Part shown: piece by piece, positions 1 through 10,358 of the stretch
Layout: every line of letters starts with the position of its first letter
How positions within the stretch are numbered: position 1 is the stretch's first letter
From: Planctomycetota bacterium
Lineage (GTDB): Bacteria; Planctomycetota; UBA1135; UBA2386
Direction: 5' to 3'
DNA length: 64,000 nt
NCBI GenBank assembly: GCA_965223545.1
Contig: OZ245006.1
Coordinates: 3,360,001-3,424,000 of the forward strand
Translations under genes and position numbers: made by a program
Notes under the pieces: generated by a model
Told to the model about the DNA's origin: nothing
What the model saw: the letters and a program-made list of their open reading frames with translations, nothing else
The model's database searches: none

Positions 1-640
1 CCCGAAGATCGCCGCAAGCGGCTCGTCGGTCGCCGTGACTTGGTACGGCAGTGGCAACAACGGCCGCGACATCTACTGCAACGACTCCAGCGATGCGGGC
101 TCGAGCTGGCGCAGCGCGCCGCTGAAGGTCGACCGCGCCCCGACCGGAACGAGCTCCTTCTATCCGGACATCGCGGCGTCCGGCGATGGGGTCTTCATCA
201 CTTGGCTCGACTTCCGCAACCAGTACGACCAGGTGTTCTTCAACATCCCATACGGTTTTCAGTCCTACGGCGCGGGGTTGGCCGGCTCGGGCGGCATCGC
301 GCCACAGCTCGACGCGAACGGCGCGGCCAAACGCGGTAGCCGGCCATCTCTCGACGTCAGCCAGGGAGTCGGCGGCGCGCCCGGGGCGCTGCTGGTGGGC
401 AACAAAGCGCAGTCGCCGATCCTGGGCGGTACGGTGCTCGTGTCACCGGTGCTGTCGGTGCCGATCGTGCTCGGTGGGACGCCGGGAGTGCCCGGCACCG
501 GCAACACCTCCATCGTGCTTCCCATCCCCGCCGCCAGTTCGGCGCTCGGGGTCAACGCCAACTTCCAAGCACTGTTCCTCGACGCAGGAGCACCAGCCGC
601 CGTTTCGATGACCGGCGGCATCGAGTTGTGGATCGGCTGA
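1..640 (+). CDS. Secreted BNR/Asp-box repeat protein, 3' part (5'-truncated by window), with conserved C-terminal module
   Basis: Frame open from position 2. Asp-box 'SSDAGSSW'; C-terminal 'YGAGLAGSGG...NFQALFLD...MTGGIELWIG'; TGA at 638-640. Confidence 0.7.
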   Translation, partial: PKIAASGSSVAVTWYGSGNNGRDIYCNDSSDAGSSWRSAPLKVDRAPTGTSSFYPDIAASGDGVFITWLDFRNQYDQVFFNIPYGFQSYGAGLAGSGGIAPQLDANGAAKRGSRPSLDVSQGVGGAPGALLVGNKAQSPILGGTVLVSPVLSVPIVLGGTPGVPGTGNTSIVLPIPAASSALGVNANFQALFLDAGAPAAVSMTGGIELWIG

Positions 641-655
641 CGGGGGCGGCGGCGA

Positions 656-688
656 GGTGATGAGTTGGAGCCTGGCTCCGTACTTTCA
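656..688 (-). repeat. REP-like palindromic repeat, copy 1
   Basis: ggtgatgagttGGAGCCtGGCTCCgtactttca; 30/33 identical to 60690-60722; lies between convergent genes and includes the TGA of the minus-strand gene. Confidence 0.85.
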
Positions 689-2254
689 GATGGATTGGCC
701 GTCGTAGTGCACGCGGTAGAGATCGCGGCGGCGGTCGTTCCAATTCTGCACGGTGCCCCGCAGGCGGTGGCGCCGCAGGAGCTCGATGTCGACCTCGCGG
801 ACGACCAGGGTCTCGATGTTGGGGGTGCACTCGGCGGCGACGCCGTCGCGTGCGAACGGCACGTCGGCGGGCGTGAAGATCCCCGACTGCGCGTAGTGCA
901 CGTCGGCGTTGTCGACGAACGGTAGGTTGCCGGTGCAGCCGGAGACCACGGTGTACACGTGGTTCTCGATGCATCGCGCGTGGGCGCACGTGCGAATGCG
1001 GAGGTAGCCGTCGCGGTCGTTGGTGTTGAACGGCACGAACAGGATTTGCGCCCCGTTGGCGGCGGCGACGCGTGCGAGCTCGGGGAACTCGACGTCGTAG
1101 CAGATCAGGATCGCCACCTTGCCGCGGTCGGTCTCGAACACATCCAGACGATCACCGGGCAGCACACCCCACCACCGGCGTTCGGCGGGCGTGATGTGCA
1201 GCTTGTACTGCCGGTCGATGGTGCCATCGCGGTGGAACAGATAGGCGACGTTGCGCAGGGCGTCGTCTTCGATGGCGAACTGCGAGCCACCGATGATGTT
1301 GACGTTGTGCTTGATCGCCATCTTGGTGAACGTCTCGAGATACTGAGGCGTCAGCTCGGCAAGTGCCCGCGCGGACTCCTGCGGGCGGGCCGAAGCCTGC
1401 ATGTACGACAACAGCTGGGTGGTCAGCAGCTCCGGGAACACGACGAAGTCCGCCTTGTAGTCCGACGCGGCGTCGACGAAGAACGCACACTGCGCGGCGA
1501 AGTCATCGAACGACGCGATGCTGCGCATCTGGTACTGCACGGCGGCGATGCGCACCGCGTGCACGCGCTGATAGCGACGCTTGGCGTCCGGGACGTAGTC
1601 GAGGTTGGGCCATTCCAAGAACGTCGCGTAGCCGCAGGACTCGACGTCACTCGGCAGGTAGTTGGGAATCAGGCGCTTGAGCACGAACCCGTTGGCGACC
1701 TGCATCGTCAGCACGGGGTCGTACAGCCCGCGGTCGGTGACTTTTTCCGCGTACTCCCGCGCACTCAGCTCGTCTTTGTACTTGTGATAACCGGGAATCC
1801 GGCCACCCACGATGATGCGCTCCAGGTTGTAGCGCCGCGCGATCTCCCGGCGTTCGGCGTAGAGTCGCCGCGCGAGCTTCAGGCCGCGGTACTCGGGGTG
1901 CACCATGACCTCGATGCCGTACAGCGTGTCGCCGGCCGGGTCGTGGTTGCGGATGTAGCCAGCGTCGGCGATCTCCTTCCAGGCGTGCCACGCGGAGTAG
2001 TCCTCGTAGTCGACGATCAGACTGGACGCCGAGGCGACGACGCGGTCGTCGATCTCGATCACCACCTGGCCGTCGGGAAACACGTTCAGCTGACTCTCGA
2101 TCTGCGTGCGATCCCAGGTCTGCATCGAGGGGAAGCACTTCGCCTGCATGTCGACGAGCTGGTCGAAGTCGTCGATCTGCATGCGACGCAAAGTGATCTC
2201 CCGCTCGTAGTCCTCGAGCCGGAGCTGATCGCGCTTGGGGTCGGCAGTGGTCAC
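686..2254 (-). CDS. Bifunctional GNAT N-acetyltransferase / carbon-nitrogen hydrolase (nitrilase family)
   Basis: GNAT motif '[11 protein letters not shown]'; nitrilase E-K-C triad in 'FPEL', 'QYKLH', 'ICYDVEFPE'. Start moved to GTG at 2254 because the longer ORF overlaps the divergent kinase. Confidence 0.9.
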   Translation of the reverse strand: MTTADPKRDQLRLEDYEREITLRRMQIDDFDQLVDMQAKCFPSMQTWDRTQIESQLNVFPDGQVVIEIDDRVVASASSLIVDYEDYSAWHAWKEIADAGYIRNHDPAGDTLYGIEVMVHPEYRGLKLARRLYAERREIARRYNLERIIVGGRIPGYHKYKDELSAREYAEKVTDRGLYDPVLTMQVANGFVLKRLIPNYLPSDVESCGYATFLEWPNLDYVPDAKRRYQRVHAVRIAAVQYQMRSIASFDDFAAQCAFFVDAASDYKADFVVFPELLTTQLLSYMQASARPQESARALAELTPQYLETFTKMAIKHNVNIIGGSQFAIEDDALRNVAYLFHRDGTIDRQYKLHITPAERRWWGVLPGDRLDVFETDRGKVAILICYDVEFPELARVAAANGAQILFVPFNTNDRDGYLRIRTCAHARCIENHVYTVVSGCTGNLPFVDNADVHYAQSGIFTPADVPFARDGVAAECTPNIETLVVREVDIELLRRHRLRGTVQNWNDRRRDLYRVHYDGQSI

Positions 2255-2344
2255 GGGCGGCAATCTTCGGAGCAAGCGGCCACCCCGCAAGCCTCCTTGT
2301 GGCCGAAGCGGCGTTAGAATCGAGGGGGCCCCGGCCCGCTTCCG

Positions 2345-3805
2345 ATGCCGCCAGACCCTGTCCCCCACCGCGATCTCGCCCAGCTCGAGCTGCTGGCCAG
2401 CGCGGAAGGTGTCGCCGTCTTCGACACGCGATACCGCCTCGCGGCCTGGAACCGCCCGCTCGTCGAGCTCGGGCTGGTGCCAGACCGGGTCCACGCGGGG
2501 CTGCCCATTCTGGACGTCTACCGGCACGCCGCTCGGCGCGGCCTGCTCGGTCCGGGCGATCCGGAGGCCATCGCCAGACGCCGACTCGACGAGGTGCGCG
2601 CCGGACGCTCGCCCACGGCAGAGGATCTGCAGGCGACCGATGGCCGCATCCTGGAGGCGCGTCGCTATTTCATGCCCGGGGTCGGCGTCGTCGCGGTGTT
2701 CGCCGACGTCACCGAGGAGCGGCGGGCCCGCGAGCGCACCCGCCGCGCCGAGACTCTGCGCCAGCTGGGCCGCGTCGCGGGAGGCTTGGCCCACGACTTC
2801 AACAATCTACTGACGGTGATCATCACCAACCTCGAGGTCACGCTGTCGGACAGCGCGGACAGCGACGACTCGATCCGCGTGGCTTTGGCCGCCGCGACGC
2901 GCGGCGCCGGGCTGGCGCACACCGCACTCGACGTCATGCGTCGCCAACCCGAGCAGGTCTCCACTGTCGGCGTCGATGGCCTGCTCGCCGAGGTGGTGCG
3001 GTTCGTCGACCGGCTGCTGCCGGAGAACATCGAGACCTTTGCGCAGCTGCGCGACGGTGGGGCCGCGGTACGGGTCGACCGCAGCCGTTTCGCAACCGCG
3101 ATCCTCAACCTCGCCCTCAACGCGCGCGACGCAATGCCCGCTGGCGGGCGGCTCGAGATCCGCAGCGCGCGCGAGGGCGGTGAGATCCACATCACCGTGG
3201 CCGATTCCGGCCACGGCATGTGTGACGAGACCCTGCGCCGTGCCAGCGAGCCGTTCTTCACCACCAAGGAGAACGAGCAGGGCACCGGACTCGGACTGCA
3301 CGAGGTCAAGCGTTTTGCCGCGGCCGCCGATGGCCGCATCGAGATCACATCGACGCCAGCCATCGGCACCGAGGTCAAACTGCGCCTGCCGGTGTGTTCG
3401 ACCTCCCCGGCGAGCGCCGCCGCGGACGCGCCGGCCGCCGAGGCTGCGCACGTCCTTCTCGTCGACGACGACGACCTTGTGCGGCAGTCGGTCGGTCAGC
3501 TGCTACACACCGCGAGCATCGAGGTCGACACCGCCGCCAGCGCGGGCGAAGCCGAGGCCAAGCTGCGCAAGCACAGCTACGACGCGTTGGTGACCGACAC
3601 TGCGCTGGGCGGCGAGGAGCGGGGGCTGGAGCTCGTGCGGCGCGCGCGTCAGCTTCGCACCGGCTTGCCGGTCCTGCTCTGCAGCAGCGATCCACGCGGT
3701 GAGCACCCGGCGCTGCCATCCGACCAGGGGCCGCCGACCGCCGTGCTGGCCAAACCGTTCTCGGGCACCCAGATCCGCGAAGCCTTGACCGCACTGATGC
3801 ACTGA
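2345..3805 (+). CDS. Cytoplasmic hybrid sensor histidine kinase (PAS-HisKA-HATPase-REC)
   Basis: H-box 'AHDFNNLL', N-box '[10 protein letters not shown]', G1 'DSGHGM', 'EPFFTTK', G2 'GTGLGL'; receiver 'LLVDDD...VTD...KPF'. Confidence 0.92.
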   Translation: MPPDPVPHRDLAQLELLASAEGVAVFDTRYRLAAWNRPLVELGLVPDRVHAGLPILDVYRHAARRGLLGPGDPEAIARRRLDEVRAGRSPTAEDLQATDGRILEARRYFMPGVGVVAVFADVTEERRARERTRRAETLRQLGRVAGGLAHDFNNLLTVIITNLEVTLSDSADSDDSIRVALAAATRGAGLAHTALDVMRRQPEQVSTVGVDGLLAEVVRFVDRLLPENIETFAQLRDGGAAVRVDRSRFATAILNLALNARDAMPAGGRLEIRSAREGGEIHITVADSGHGMCDETLRRASEPFFTTKENEQGTGLGLHEVKRFAAAADGRIEITSTPAIGTEVKLRLPVCSTSPASAAADAPAAEAAHVLLVDDDDLVRQSVGQLLHTASIEVDTAASAGEAEAKLRKHSYDALVTDTALGGEERGLELVRRARQLRTGLPVLLCSSDPRGEHPALPSDQGPPTAVLAKPFSGTQIREALTALMH

Positions 3806-3812
3806 CTCCGCG

Positions 3813-6800
3813 TCAACGCAACCACAAGACGGTCTCGCCACCCGCTCCGAGGTCGAGCGCGCCGCTCCGCGCCGCCGGAGCCGCGCGATTGTCGCGCCCC
3901 ACGCTCGGCGCGCGCACACGCCAGTGCCACCGCCCCGCCGGCCGCGGCCAGGTCAGCAACTCCGTCTTGCCCGACACGCCGCCGACGTGCAGCGGCTCGT
4001 CCCATTCGATCCCGTCTCGACTCCACTGCAGCACCACTTCGGGCCATGGCCACGGCACCTCGCTGCGCAACACGACGTGCGCCACCGGCCGCACCACCAA
4101 CCGCAGCGGCTCGGTCATGCCCGGCTGCCAGCGGACCATTCCGGCCCACGCCTCTTCTTCGGCCACGATGTGCAGCGATCGCGTCGGATCGACGTCGCCG
4201 ACTGCGAACGTGGACCCGGCTTCGAGGTCGATCTCCATTCCGCCGTCGATGGCTCGCAACCACGGCGATGTGCTCATCTCGGCCCATCGACCGCGGTGCA
4301 CGCCGGCGAACCGCATGCGCAACCGCGATGGCGCGGGCATGGAACCGGCCTCGACCGTCACCACGCCGCGCAGCTGCGCCGCCGGTCGTTGTCGCAACTG
4401 GAGCTCGACCAGCTCGATGCCGGGCGCAACCGCGAACTCGTGCTCGATCGCGTGGCCGCGCGGCGGCCGACAGCGCAGCACCCAGAGCCCGGCGGACAAG
4501 CCCGAGGCCCGGATCGCGCCAATCGTCCCGGTGGCGGGATGGGCCAGACCGCGCTCGCCGTCGTCGCGCCGCAGCAGCCGAATGCGGCTGCCGGGATCGA
4601 GCGCCACGCCGCGCGCGTCGAGCAGCCTGGCGTGCAGCCGCGCGCGGCCGGGCGGCCGGCGCTGCACTATGAGGGTGATCGAGCTGTCCTCGGGCCGGGC
4701 ATAGTGGTGTTCGGGCCGCTGCCACGCGGGCCCTGGTGGACTCACCGATAGCTCATGCAAGACCCCGGCGCGCAACCCCTCGAGGCGAAAACGCCCGCGC
4801 TCGTCGGTGCGACCGACGATGCTCGCCGCACCGGTGCGCACGCAGGACACGTGGACACCGGAGATCGGCTGGCCATCCTGGTCCTGGACGACACCGGTGA
4901 GCGCTGCCGCAGGTGCCAGCACCAGCTCGACTGGCGCCGGCTCGCCGTCTCCGGACAACTCGCACCGGTGGGTGCCGCGCGTGTAGCCATCCAACGTCGC
5001 CACCACGCGAGCCGTCGCCGCCCCGCGCGGCGTGACGCGCACCGAGAACCCTCCACCGGCGTCGGTCGTCGCCCGGACGACGCCGTCACAATGCACCTCG
5101 ACCGCGACTCCTCGCAAGGGGACCCCGGACGGTGCGCGGACGACACCAGTGATCACGCGCTCGGTGCGCGCCGGCAACTCGACGGTCACGACCTCTGCAG
5201 CTGTCGTTCCCGGCACGACATCGCGGTGCCGCACGACGATGCCACCGAACGCGACGCGCAGACTGTAGCGCGCGGCACCATCCGGCCGCGGCAGGGCGGA
5301 GAAGCGCGCCGTGCCGGCGGCGTCGGTGCGGTGCTCGAACACTGCCGCCCACGCGGGGTGAGGGCCCGGCTGCCAATCCGAAGCCAGATCGGCGCCGAGT
5401 GGCGCGAAGCGCGGCTCACACCGCACCACCGCCCCCGCGGCCGCGGTTCCGTCGGAGCTCCTGACGACGACCTCCAGCTGCCCACGCGGCTGCAAGCGCA
5501 AGTCGAGCTCACGCTCGGCTCGCTCTCGCGTCAACGAAACCGCATGCCAACCGACTCCCTCGGTCGACACCGCGAACACGGTCTCGTCGCGGCGGCGCGG
5601 CACGAACCGCTCTTCGAGCGCGAACGTGCCGTCGTCCGCGCTGCGACCGGCCCAGCCGGCGCGGCGCAGCCGCGGCACGCGCCGTGACAGGCCGTCGCGC
5701 GCCGGCGTGAAGATCCAATGCCGAGCCACGAACAGATCCGCGCCGGCGACCGGCACGCCGTCCGCGCCGAGCACGCGGCCCGCGATACCGGTGCCCGAGG
5801 GCACCGATACGACTCCGGCGTCGAGCTCCCCGGGCACCGCGCCGGGGTCCGCCGGTGCCGATAGCGCGCGCTCGACCCGCGCGCGGCCCGGGGCGCGCAC
5901 GACCAGCTCCAAGTGCTCCCACGCGTTCGCTTGTCGCGAGCGCAGCTCGAAACGCCCGGCGCGGTCCGTCCGCGCGCGCTCCGGCGAAGGCCGCGCGCCA
6001 CCCTCCGGCCAGGTCTCGATCCAGCCCACTTCGACATCGGCCAGAGGGGCTCCATCTTCCTCCGCGACCACGGTGCCGACGACGCGCACTGCCCACGGCT
6101 CGGGCTCCGGCGCCGCCTCGCTCGCGACCTCGGTGCGCGACGCTGCGGGCGGGGCGGCCCCACCGGCGGGCGGGTCGCCGTCGAGTGGAGCGACGGGCGA
6201 CTTCTCCGCCGCTGAGCTGCCAGCGGGCACGCCGTCCGCGGCCGAGCGGTTGGGCCAAAACACGACGGCGGCTGCCGCGACGACGGCGGCGCCGATCCAG
6301 ACTTTGCTCTGCAATGCCATCGCACCCACTCCGATCAGTGATGCCGAGGTCGCCGCCCGCGCGCCGGAAGCGACGGGCACGGCCCACGCCGCGCGGCTGC
6401 CGTGGCGCGCATCGAGCCGCGCGCGCAGCTGCGCGACGCCGCGCTTGATCCGCGTGCGCACGGTCTCGAGCGGAACGCCGAGCCGGCGCGCGACGTCGGT
6501 CAACGGCCGCTCCTCGAGGTAGCGCAGCAGCAGCGCGCTGCGGTACGGCTCCGACAACGCCAACACCTCGTCGACCACTGCACGGTGCACGAGCGCGCGA
6601 TCGACGACCTCGGCGGGATCGGCGTCAGCGCCCGGAACCGCGGAGCGCTGCTCGATCTCTCGCCGCTGCCGCTCGCGGCGTTGGCCGCGGCCGTGGATCC
6701 TGCGGGCCACGGTCGCCAGCCACGCCCGGGGCTGCTGCACCGCGGGGCCGGCGCGCAAGGCTGCCAACATCGTCTCCTGGGCCAGATCCGCCGCCAGGTG

Positions 6801-6881
6801 ACGGTCGTCGGTCAGACAGAGCGCCAACCGCTGGAGCCACGCGGTCTCGGCCAGGAGCAGCTCGGTGGAAGACGAAGCCAC
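3813..6881 (-). CDS. ECF sigma-70 factor fused via a TM helix to repeated carboxypeptidase-regulatory-like domains
   Basis: Region 2 'AADLAQET', region 4 'VARRLGVPLETVRTRIKRG', hydrophobic 'VWIGAAVVAAAAVVFW', then repeated 'G.V....G.P.....V...TD..G.F' units. Confidence 0.85.
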   Translation of the reverse strand: MASSSTELLLAETAWLQRLALCLTDDRHLAADLAQETMLAALRAGPAVQQPRAWLATVARRIHGRGQRRERQRREIEQRSAVPGADADPAEVVDRALVHRAVVDEVLALSEPYRSALLLRYLEERPLTDVARRLGVPLETVRTRIKRGVAQLRARLDARHGSRAAWAVPVASGARAATSASLIGVGAMALQSKVWIGAAVVAAAAVVFWPNRSAADGVPAGSSAAEKSPVAPLDGDPPAGGAAPPAASRTEVASEAAPEPEPWAVRVVGTVVAEEDGAPLADVEVGWIETWPEGGARPSPERARTDRAGRFELRSRQANAWEHLELVVRAPGRARVERALSAPADPGAVPGELDAGVVSVPSGTGIAGRVLGADGVPVAGADLFVARHWIFTPARDGLSRRVPRLRRAGWAGRSADDGTFALEERFVPRRRDETVFAVSTEGVGWHAVSLTRERAERELDLRLQPRGQLEVVVRSSDGTAAAGAVVRCEPRFAPLGADLASDWQPGPHPAWAAVFEHRTDAAGTARFSALPRPDGAARYSLRVAFGGIVVRHRDVVPGTTAAEVVTVELPARTERVITGVVRAPSGVPLRGVAVEVHCDGVVRATTDAGGGFSVRVTPRGAATARVVATLDGYTRGTHRCELSGDGEPAPVELVLAPAAALTGVVQDQDGQPISGVHVSCVRTGAASIVGRTDERGRFRLEGLRAGVLHELSVSPPGPAWQRPEHHYARPEDSSITLIVQRRPPGRARLHARLLDARGVALDPGSRIRLLRRDDGERGLAHPATGTIGAIRASGLSAGLWVLRCRPPRGHAIEHEFAVAPGIELVELQLRQRPAAQLRGVVTVEAGSMPAPSRLRMRFAGVHRGRWAEMSTSPWLRAIDGGMEIDLEAGSTFAVGDVDPTRSLHIVAEEEAWAGMVRWQPGMTEPLRLVVRPVAHVVLRSEVPWPWPEVVLQWSRDGIEWDEPLHVGGVSGKTELLTWPRPAGRWHWRVRAPSVGRDNRAAPAARSGALDLGAGGETVLWLR

Positions 6882-6889
6882 GGGGAGAG

Positions 6890-6917
6890 AGTGCGGTCAG
6901 GCCCGGCGACCGGTTCA
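6890..6917 (-). promoter_or_regulatory. Possible ECF-type promoter upstream of the ECF fusion gene
   Basis: Minus strand has a T-run followed by TGAACC (6917-6912), resembling an ECF -35 'AAC' element about 30 nt upstream of the start. Confidence 0.3.
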
Positions 6918-6931
6918 AAAAAAGCGGCTGC

Positions 6932-7600
6932 CTACGGGGCATCCCACACGACCCCCATGAACCAGGGGAGCCGCGAAAACACCGCCCCCGGGAGGGCTGC
7001 GCCGTAGACCCGTTCGAACGCCGCGGAAGAGAGGTAGCGGTCCGTGGCGACGTGATCGAGCCATGCCTTGGACGTGCGGATGCGCAGCAGCTCGCGCGCC
7101 GTGGTTCTGCCGAGCCTGGCGCGGTCTCGAACGTAGTGCAGTTGAAAGCGGACCCAGTAGACGAAGCGCGGGACCGGCGGCCAGCTCGAGACGTTGTCGA
7201 CGATGATCATGCGCCCGCCCGGCCGGAGCAGCATCTTGAGACGCTCGAGCAGCCCACCGACGTCTTCGACGTGGTGGAACGTCGTATGGCTGGTGATCAG
7301 ATCGAAGCGCTCACCGAGCGAGAGATCACGGGCGTCGAGCTGGCGGTACTCGATGCCATCGCGCGCGCGAAGCCGACGCGCGATGGCGAGCATCGGCGCG
7401 GAACAGTCGACCCCCAGCACGGAGCCGAAGTGCTCGGCGAGCTCCAACGCGAGCATTCCAGTGCCACAACCCACATCGAGCGCTCGATCACGCCGCTCTG
7501 GCAGCTGGCTCAAGAAGAACTCGTGGTTCCTCTCGACCGATGCCATGCGCTCGTAGTCCTCGGCAAAGTGATCGAAAGACTGCGGATCGTAGGACTCCAT
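6932..7600 (-). CDS. Class I SAM-dependent methyltransferase
   Basis: Motif I 'ALDVGCGTG', 'GVDCSAPML', 'LRPGG'; ATG at 7600, 1 nt after the upstream gene's stop. Confidence 0.9.
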   Translation of the reverse strand: MESYDPQSFDHFAEDYERMASVERNHEFFLSQLPERRDRALDVGCGTGMLALELAEHFGSVLGVDCSAPMLAIARRLRARDGIEYRQLDARDLSLGERFDLITSHTTFHHVEDVGGLLERLKMLLRPGGRMIIVDNVSSWPPVPRFVYWVRFQLHYVRDRARLGRTTARELLRIRTSKAWLDHVATDRYLSSAAFERVYGAALPGAVFSRLPWFMGVVWDAP

Positions 7601-7601
7601 C

Positions 7602-10358
7602 TCAGCGCTTCGCGCGCGACTTGGCGCGCTCGAGCACCGAGGCCAAGTCGGCGCGCTGCCCGACGTCCCCGGCACCGGAAGCCCCGCCGGCGTCCGGCGC
7701 GAGGACCCCTGGCTCGAGGGCGGCCGACGTGCCTTCCTTGACCTCCGGACGCCCCGATTCGGCACGGGTCGGGCGCGCGGCGGTGCGCGGGCGCGGCCGC
7801 AAAACGGCGACGCGCGGCAAGCTCAGCTGCAAGCGACGAACCGCGATCTCCGCCAAGAGCAACACCAGCGCCAGCCACGCGCACCAGCGGTCCAACCGCG
7901 TCACTCCCGCACTGCGGCGCGGGCCCGCCATCAGCGCGGCCGCCGGCGGGTCGACCCGCCCCTCGGCGAGGGCGGCGATCTCCGCCAACACGCGCTCGCC
8001 GCGCCGGGGGTCGCGCTGCAGCTCGAACTCGGGCGAGTACGGCAGGGTCACCGGCGGCACGCGCAAGACTTCGCCACCGCCCATCGTCAGCGCCGGCCGG
8101 TAGACCCCCTCACCGCGCAGCGGGATTCGGCCCTCGAGCCGGTGCTCGTCGACGCGTTGCAGCCAGACCGTCTCGGCCTCACCGTCCGGCCCGAGAACCC
8201 GCGCCGAGACCTCGCCGAGCAACGCCGCCCGGCCCTCGTCGACCTCGACGCTCAGCACGGCTTCGTGGCCCTCGCGGCGCAAGGCGGCGAACAGCTCACC
8301 GCGCGCGTCGGTGCCGGCGATCCAACGCACCACGGTGGCAAAGAACCCGGCGAACCCGGGCCAAGTGCCGAGGCTGCCGCTGAGCTCCCCGTCGACTTCA
8401 CCGAGGAAGGCCGCGCTGCGACCGAGGCCGTGCTGCCAGAACGCCAGCAATGGCGCCTGCTGATCGTCGGCGGTGCGCAGCCCGACCTGCGCCGCCGGTC
8501 GCCGGTAGGCGATCGAATAGCCGCCGACGTTGGGAAACTCGCCGCGCGCGAGATCACCGAGCGCGACCAGATCGGGCAGCACCTGCACGGCGGTTGCCTC
8601 CTCGACCATCGACGAGCGCGCGACCTGAATCGTCTCTTGCGCGAAGACGCGCGGCAGGTCGGCGGCGTCGGTGACGAACGAACAGCGCCCGCCACCTCGC
8701 TTGGCGACGTCTTCCAAGAACGCGGCGTCGCTGTCGGTGTCGCTGCCGAGACCGATCACCGACACGGTGACGCCGGCGCGGCGCAGCTGCTCGATGAACG
8801 CGATGTAGTCGCCCGGCTCTTCGGCGTCGGCGGCGTCGGCAAACAGCACGATGTGCTTGTTGGCCTGCGGCGCATCCGCCAGCTGTTCCGCGGCGGCCAC
8901 CAGCGCCGTGTAGGTGTAGATACCGCCGCCGCCGGACTCGATGCCGAGAACATCGTCTTGGATCCGCCCAGCCTGGCGAGCGGACGTGCACGGCACGACG
9001 ACGTGCGGCGACGAGTCGACGGCGATCACCGCGACGTGATCGATCGGCCCCAACAAACCGATCGCCGCCGCGGTCCCTTGGTTGGCCAGATCCATCTTGG
9101 TCTCGCCCGACGGCACGGTCATCCCCATCGACCCCGACCGATCGAGGGCGATCGCCATCGCCAGAGCGAACTTGCGCTGCTCTTGGCGGACCTCCATCGT
9201 CACCGGCAGAGCCTCTTCGATCGGCGATCGGAAATAGCCGCCCGGTCCGAAGCTCGCTCCACCACCGGTCATCAGCAGCCCACCGCCGAGCTCGCGCACC
9301 CAATGCGCCAGCGCGCGCATCCCCCCGGCGGGAAGGTCAGCGGCGGCGACGTTCTCCAACACGACGGCGCGGACTCCGTCCAACGCGTCGAGCGACAGCG
9401 GCGCGGTCCGCGGCGCGGCGACTTGCACGGCGATGCCGGCCTGCGCCAGCGCCCGCGTCAATCGGTCTTGCCGCCCTCGAGGAGTCACGCACAGGACTCG
9501 AAACGCGCCGGCGACGCGCACCACCGCCCGCGCCCGGTTGTTCTGTGGCCGGGGATCGCCCTCGTCGGGCACCACTTCGACTTCGTAGCGGTGCACACGG
9601 GGCTCGCGCAGCGCGTCGCGAAACTGCACGCGGTTGAGTCCCGGTTGCAGCGCCCGCCGCCCCTCGGCGATCGGCACGCCGTCGCGCAGCAGTCGCACGC
9701 GGGCTTCGGCAGCGCGGTCGGCGCGCAACCACGCCGAGAACTGGAACGGCTCACCGGGACCGACTTCTTCCGGCGTCGCGACCTCCTCGACCGCGACGTC
9801 CATCCCGGCGGCTCGGCGGACGCCGACGACGTCGACGCGGATTCCGCGGCGCAGAGCCGCGCGGGCGGCGGCACTCGGATCGCCCCCGGTGTACTCGCCA
9901 TCGGACAGCACCAACAGCGATCCTTGCCGGCCCGGCGGGATCAGCGACAGACCGGCGTCGAGGGCCGACGCGAGATCGGTGGCATCCCGGTCCACGGTGC
10001 GCACCGGGGCGCGATAACGAAACTCCTCGGTAGGAGCGATCTCGACGACGGCTTCGCGGCCAAAGCCGATCATGCCGACACGATCGCCGGCGCGCGCTTG
10101 CTCCAACGCGAGTGCCGCCAACTCCTCGGCCCGCGCCAGCGTCTCGTCGGGCACCGACCGCGAGCGATCGACGAGCAGCACGAGATCTCTGCCGCTGGCC
10201 TCGCCGGTGACGAACGGGCCGGCCAACATGCCCAGGATCGCCAACAGGGCACCGATGCGCAGCAGGCCAACCAACGGTCGCGGCCACAACCGGCCGCGCA
10301 GCCAAAGCACCAGGACCGCGCCGAGCAAGAACACGTCGGGATGCTCGAACCCGATCAC
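7602..10358 (-). CDS. Membrane protein with two vWA domains and a class I glutamine amidotransferase-like domain
   Basis: MIDAS 'DRSRS' and 'DRSGS'; 'GGGLLMTGGGASFGPGG'; N- and C-terminal TM helices; GTGA overlap with the upstream gene. Confidence 0.88.
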   Translation of the reverse strand: MIGFEHPDVFLLGAVLVLWLRGRLWPRPLVGLLRIGALLAILGMLAGPFVTGEASGRDLVLLVDRSRSVPDETLARAEELAALALEQARAGDRVGMIGFGREAVVEIAPTEEFRYRAPVRTVDRDATDLASALDAGLSLIPPGRQGSLLVLSDGEYTGGDPSAAARAALRRGIRVDVVGVRRAAGMDVAVEEVATPEEVGPGEPFQFSAWLRADRAAEARVRLLRDGVPIAEGRRALQPGLNRVQFRDALREPRVHRYEVEVVPDEGDPRPQNNRARAVVRVAGAFRVLCVTPRGRQDRLTRALAQAGIAVQVAAPRTAPLSLDALDGVRAVVLENVAAADLPAGGMRALAHWVRELGGGLLMTGGGASFGPGGYFRSPIEEALPVTMEVRQEQRKFALAMAIALDRSGSMGMTVPSGETKMDLANQGTAAAIGLLGPIDHVAVIAVDSSPHVVVPCTSARQAGRIQDDVLGIESGGGGIYTYTALVAAAEQLADAPQANKHIVLFADAADAEEPGDYIAFIEQLRRAGVTVSVIGLGSDTDSDAAFLEDVAKRGGGRCSFVTDAADLPRVFAQETIQVARSSMVEEATAVQVLPDLVALGDLARGEFPNVGGYSIAYRRPAAQVGLRTADDQQAPLLAFWQHGLGRSAAFLGEVDGELSGSLGTWPGFAGFFATVVRWIAGTDARGELFAALRREGHEAVLSVEVDEGRAALLGEVSARVLGPDGEAETVWLQRVDEHRLEGRIPLRGEGVYRPALTMGGGEVLRVPPVTLPYSPEFELQRDPRRGERVLAEIAALAEGRVDPPAAALMAGPRRSAGVTRLDRWCAWLALVLLLAEIAVRRLQLSLPRVAVLRPRPRTAARPTRAESGRPEVKEGTSAALEPGVLAPDAGGASGAGDVGQRADLASVLERAKSRAKR

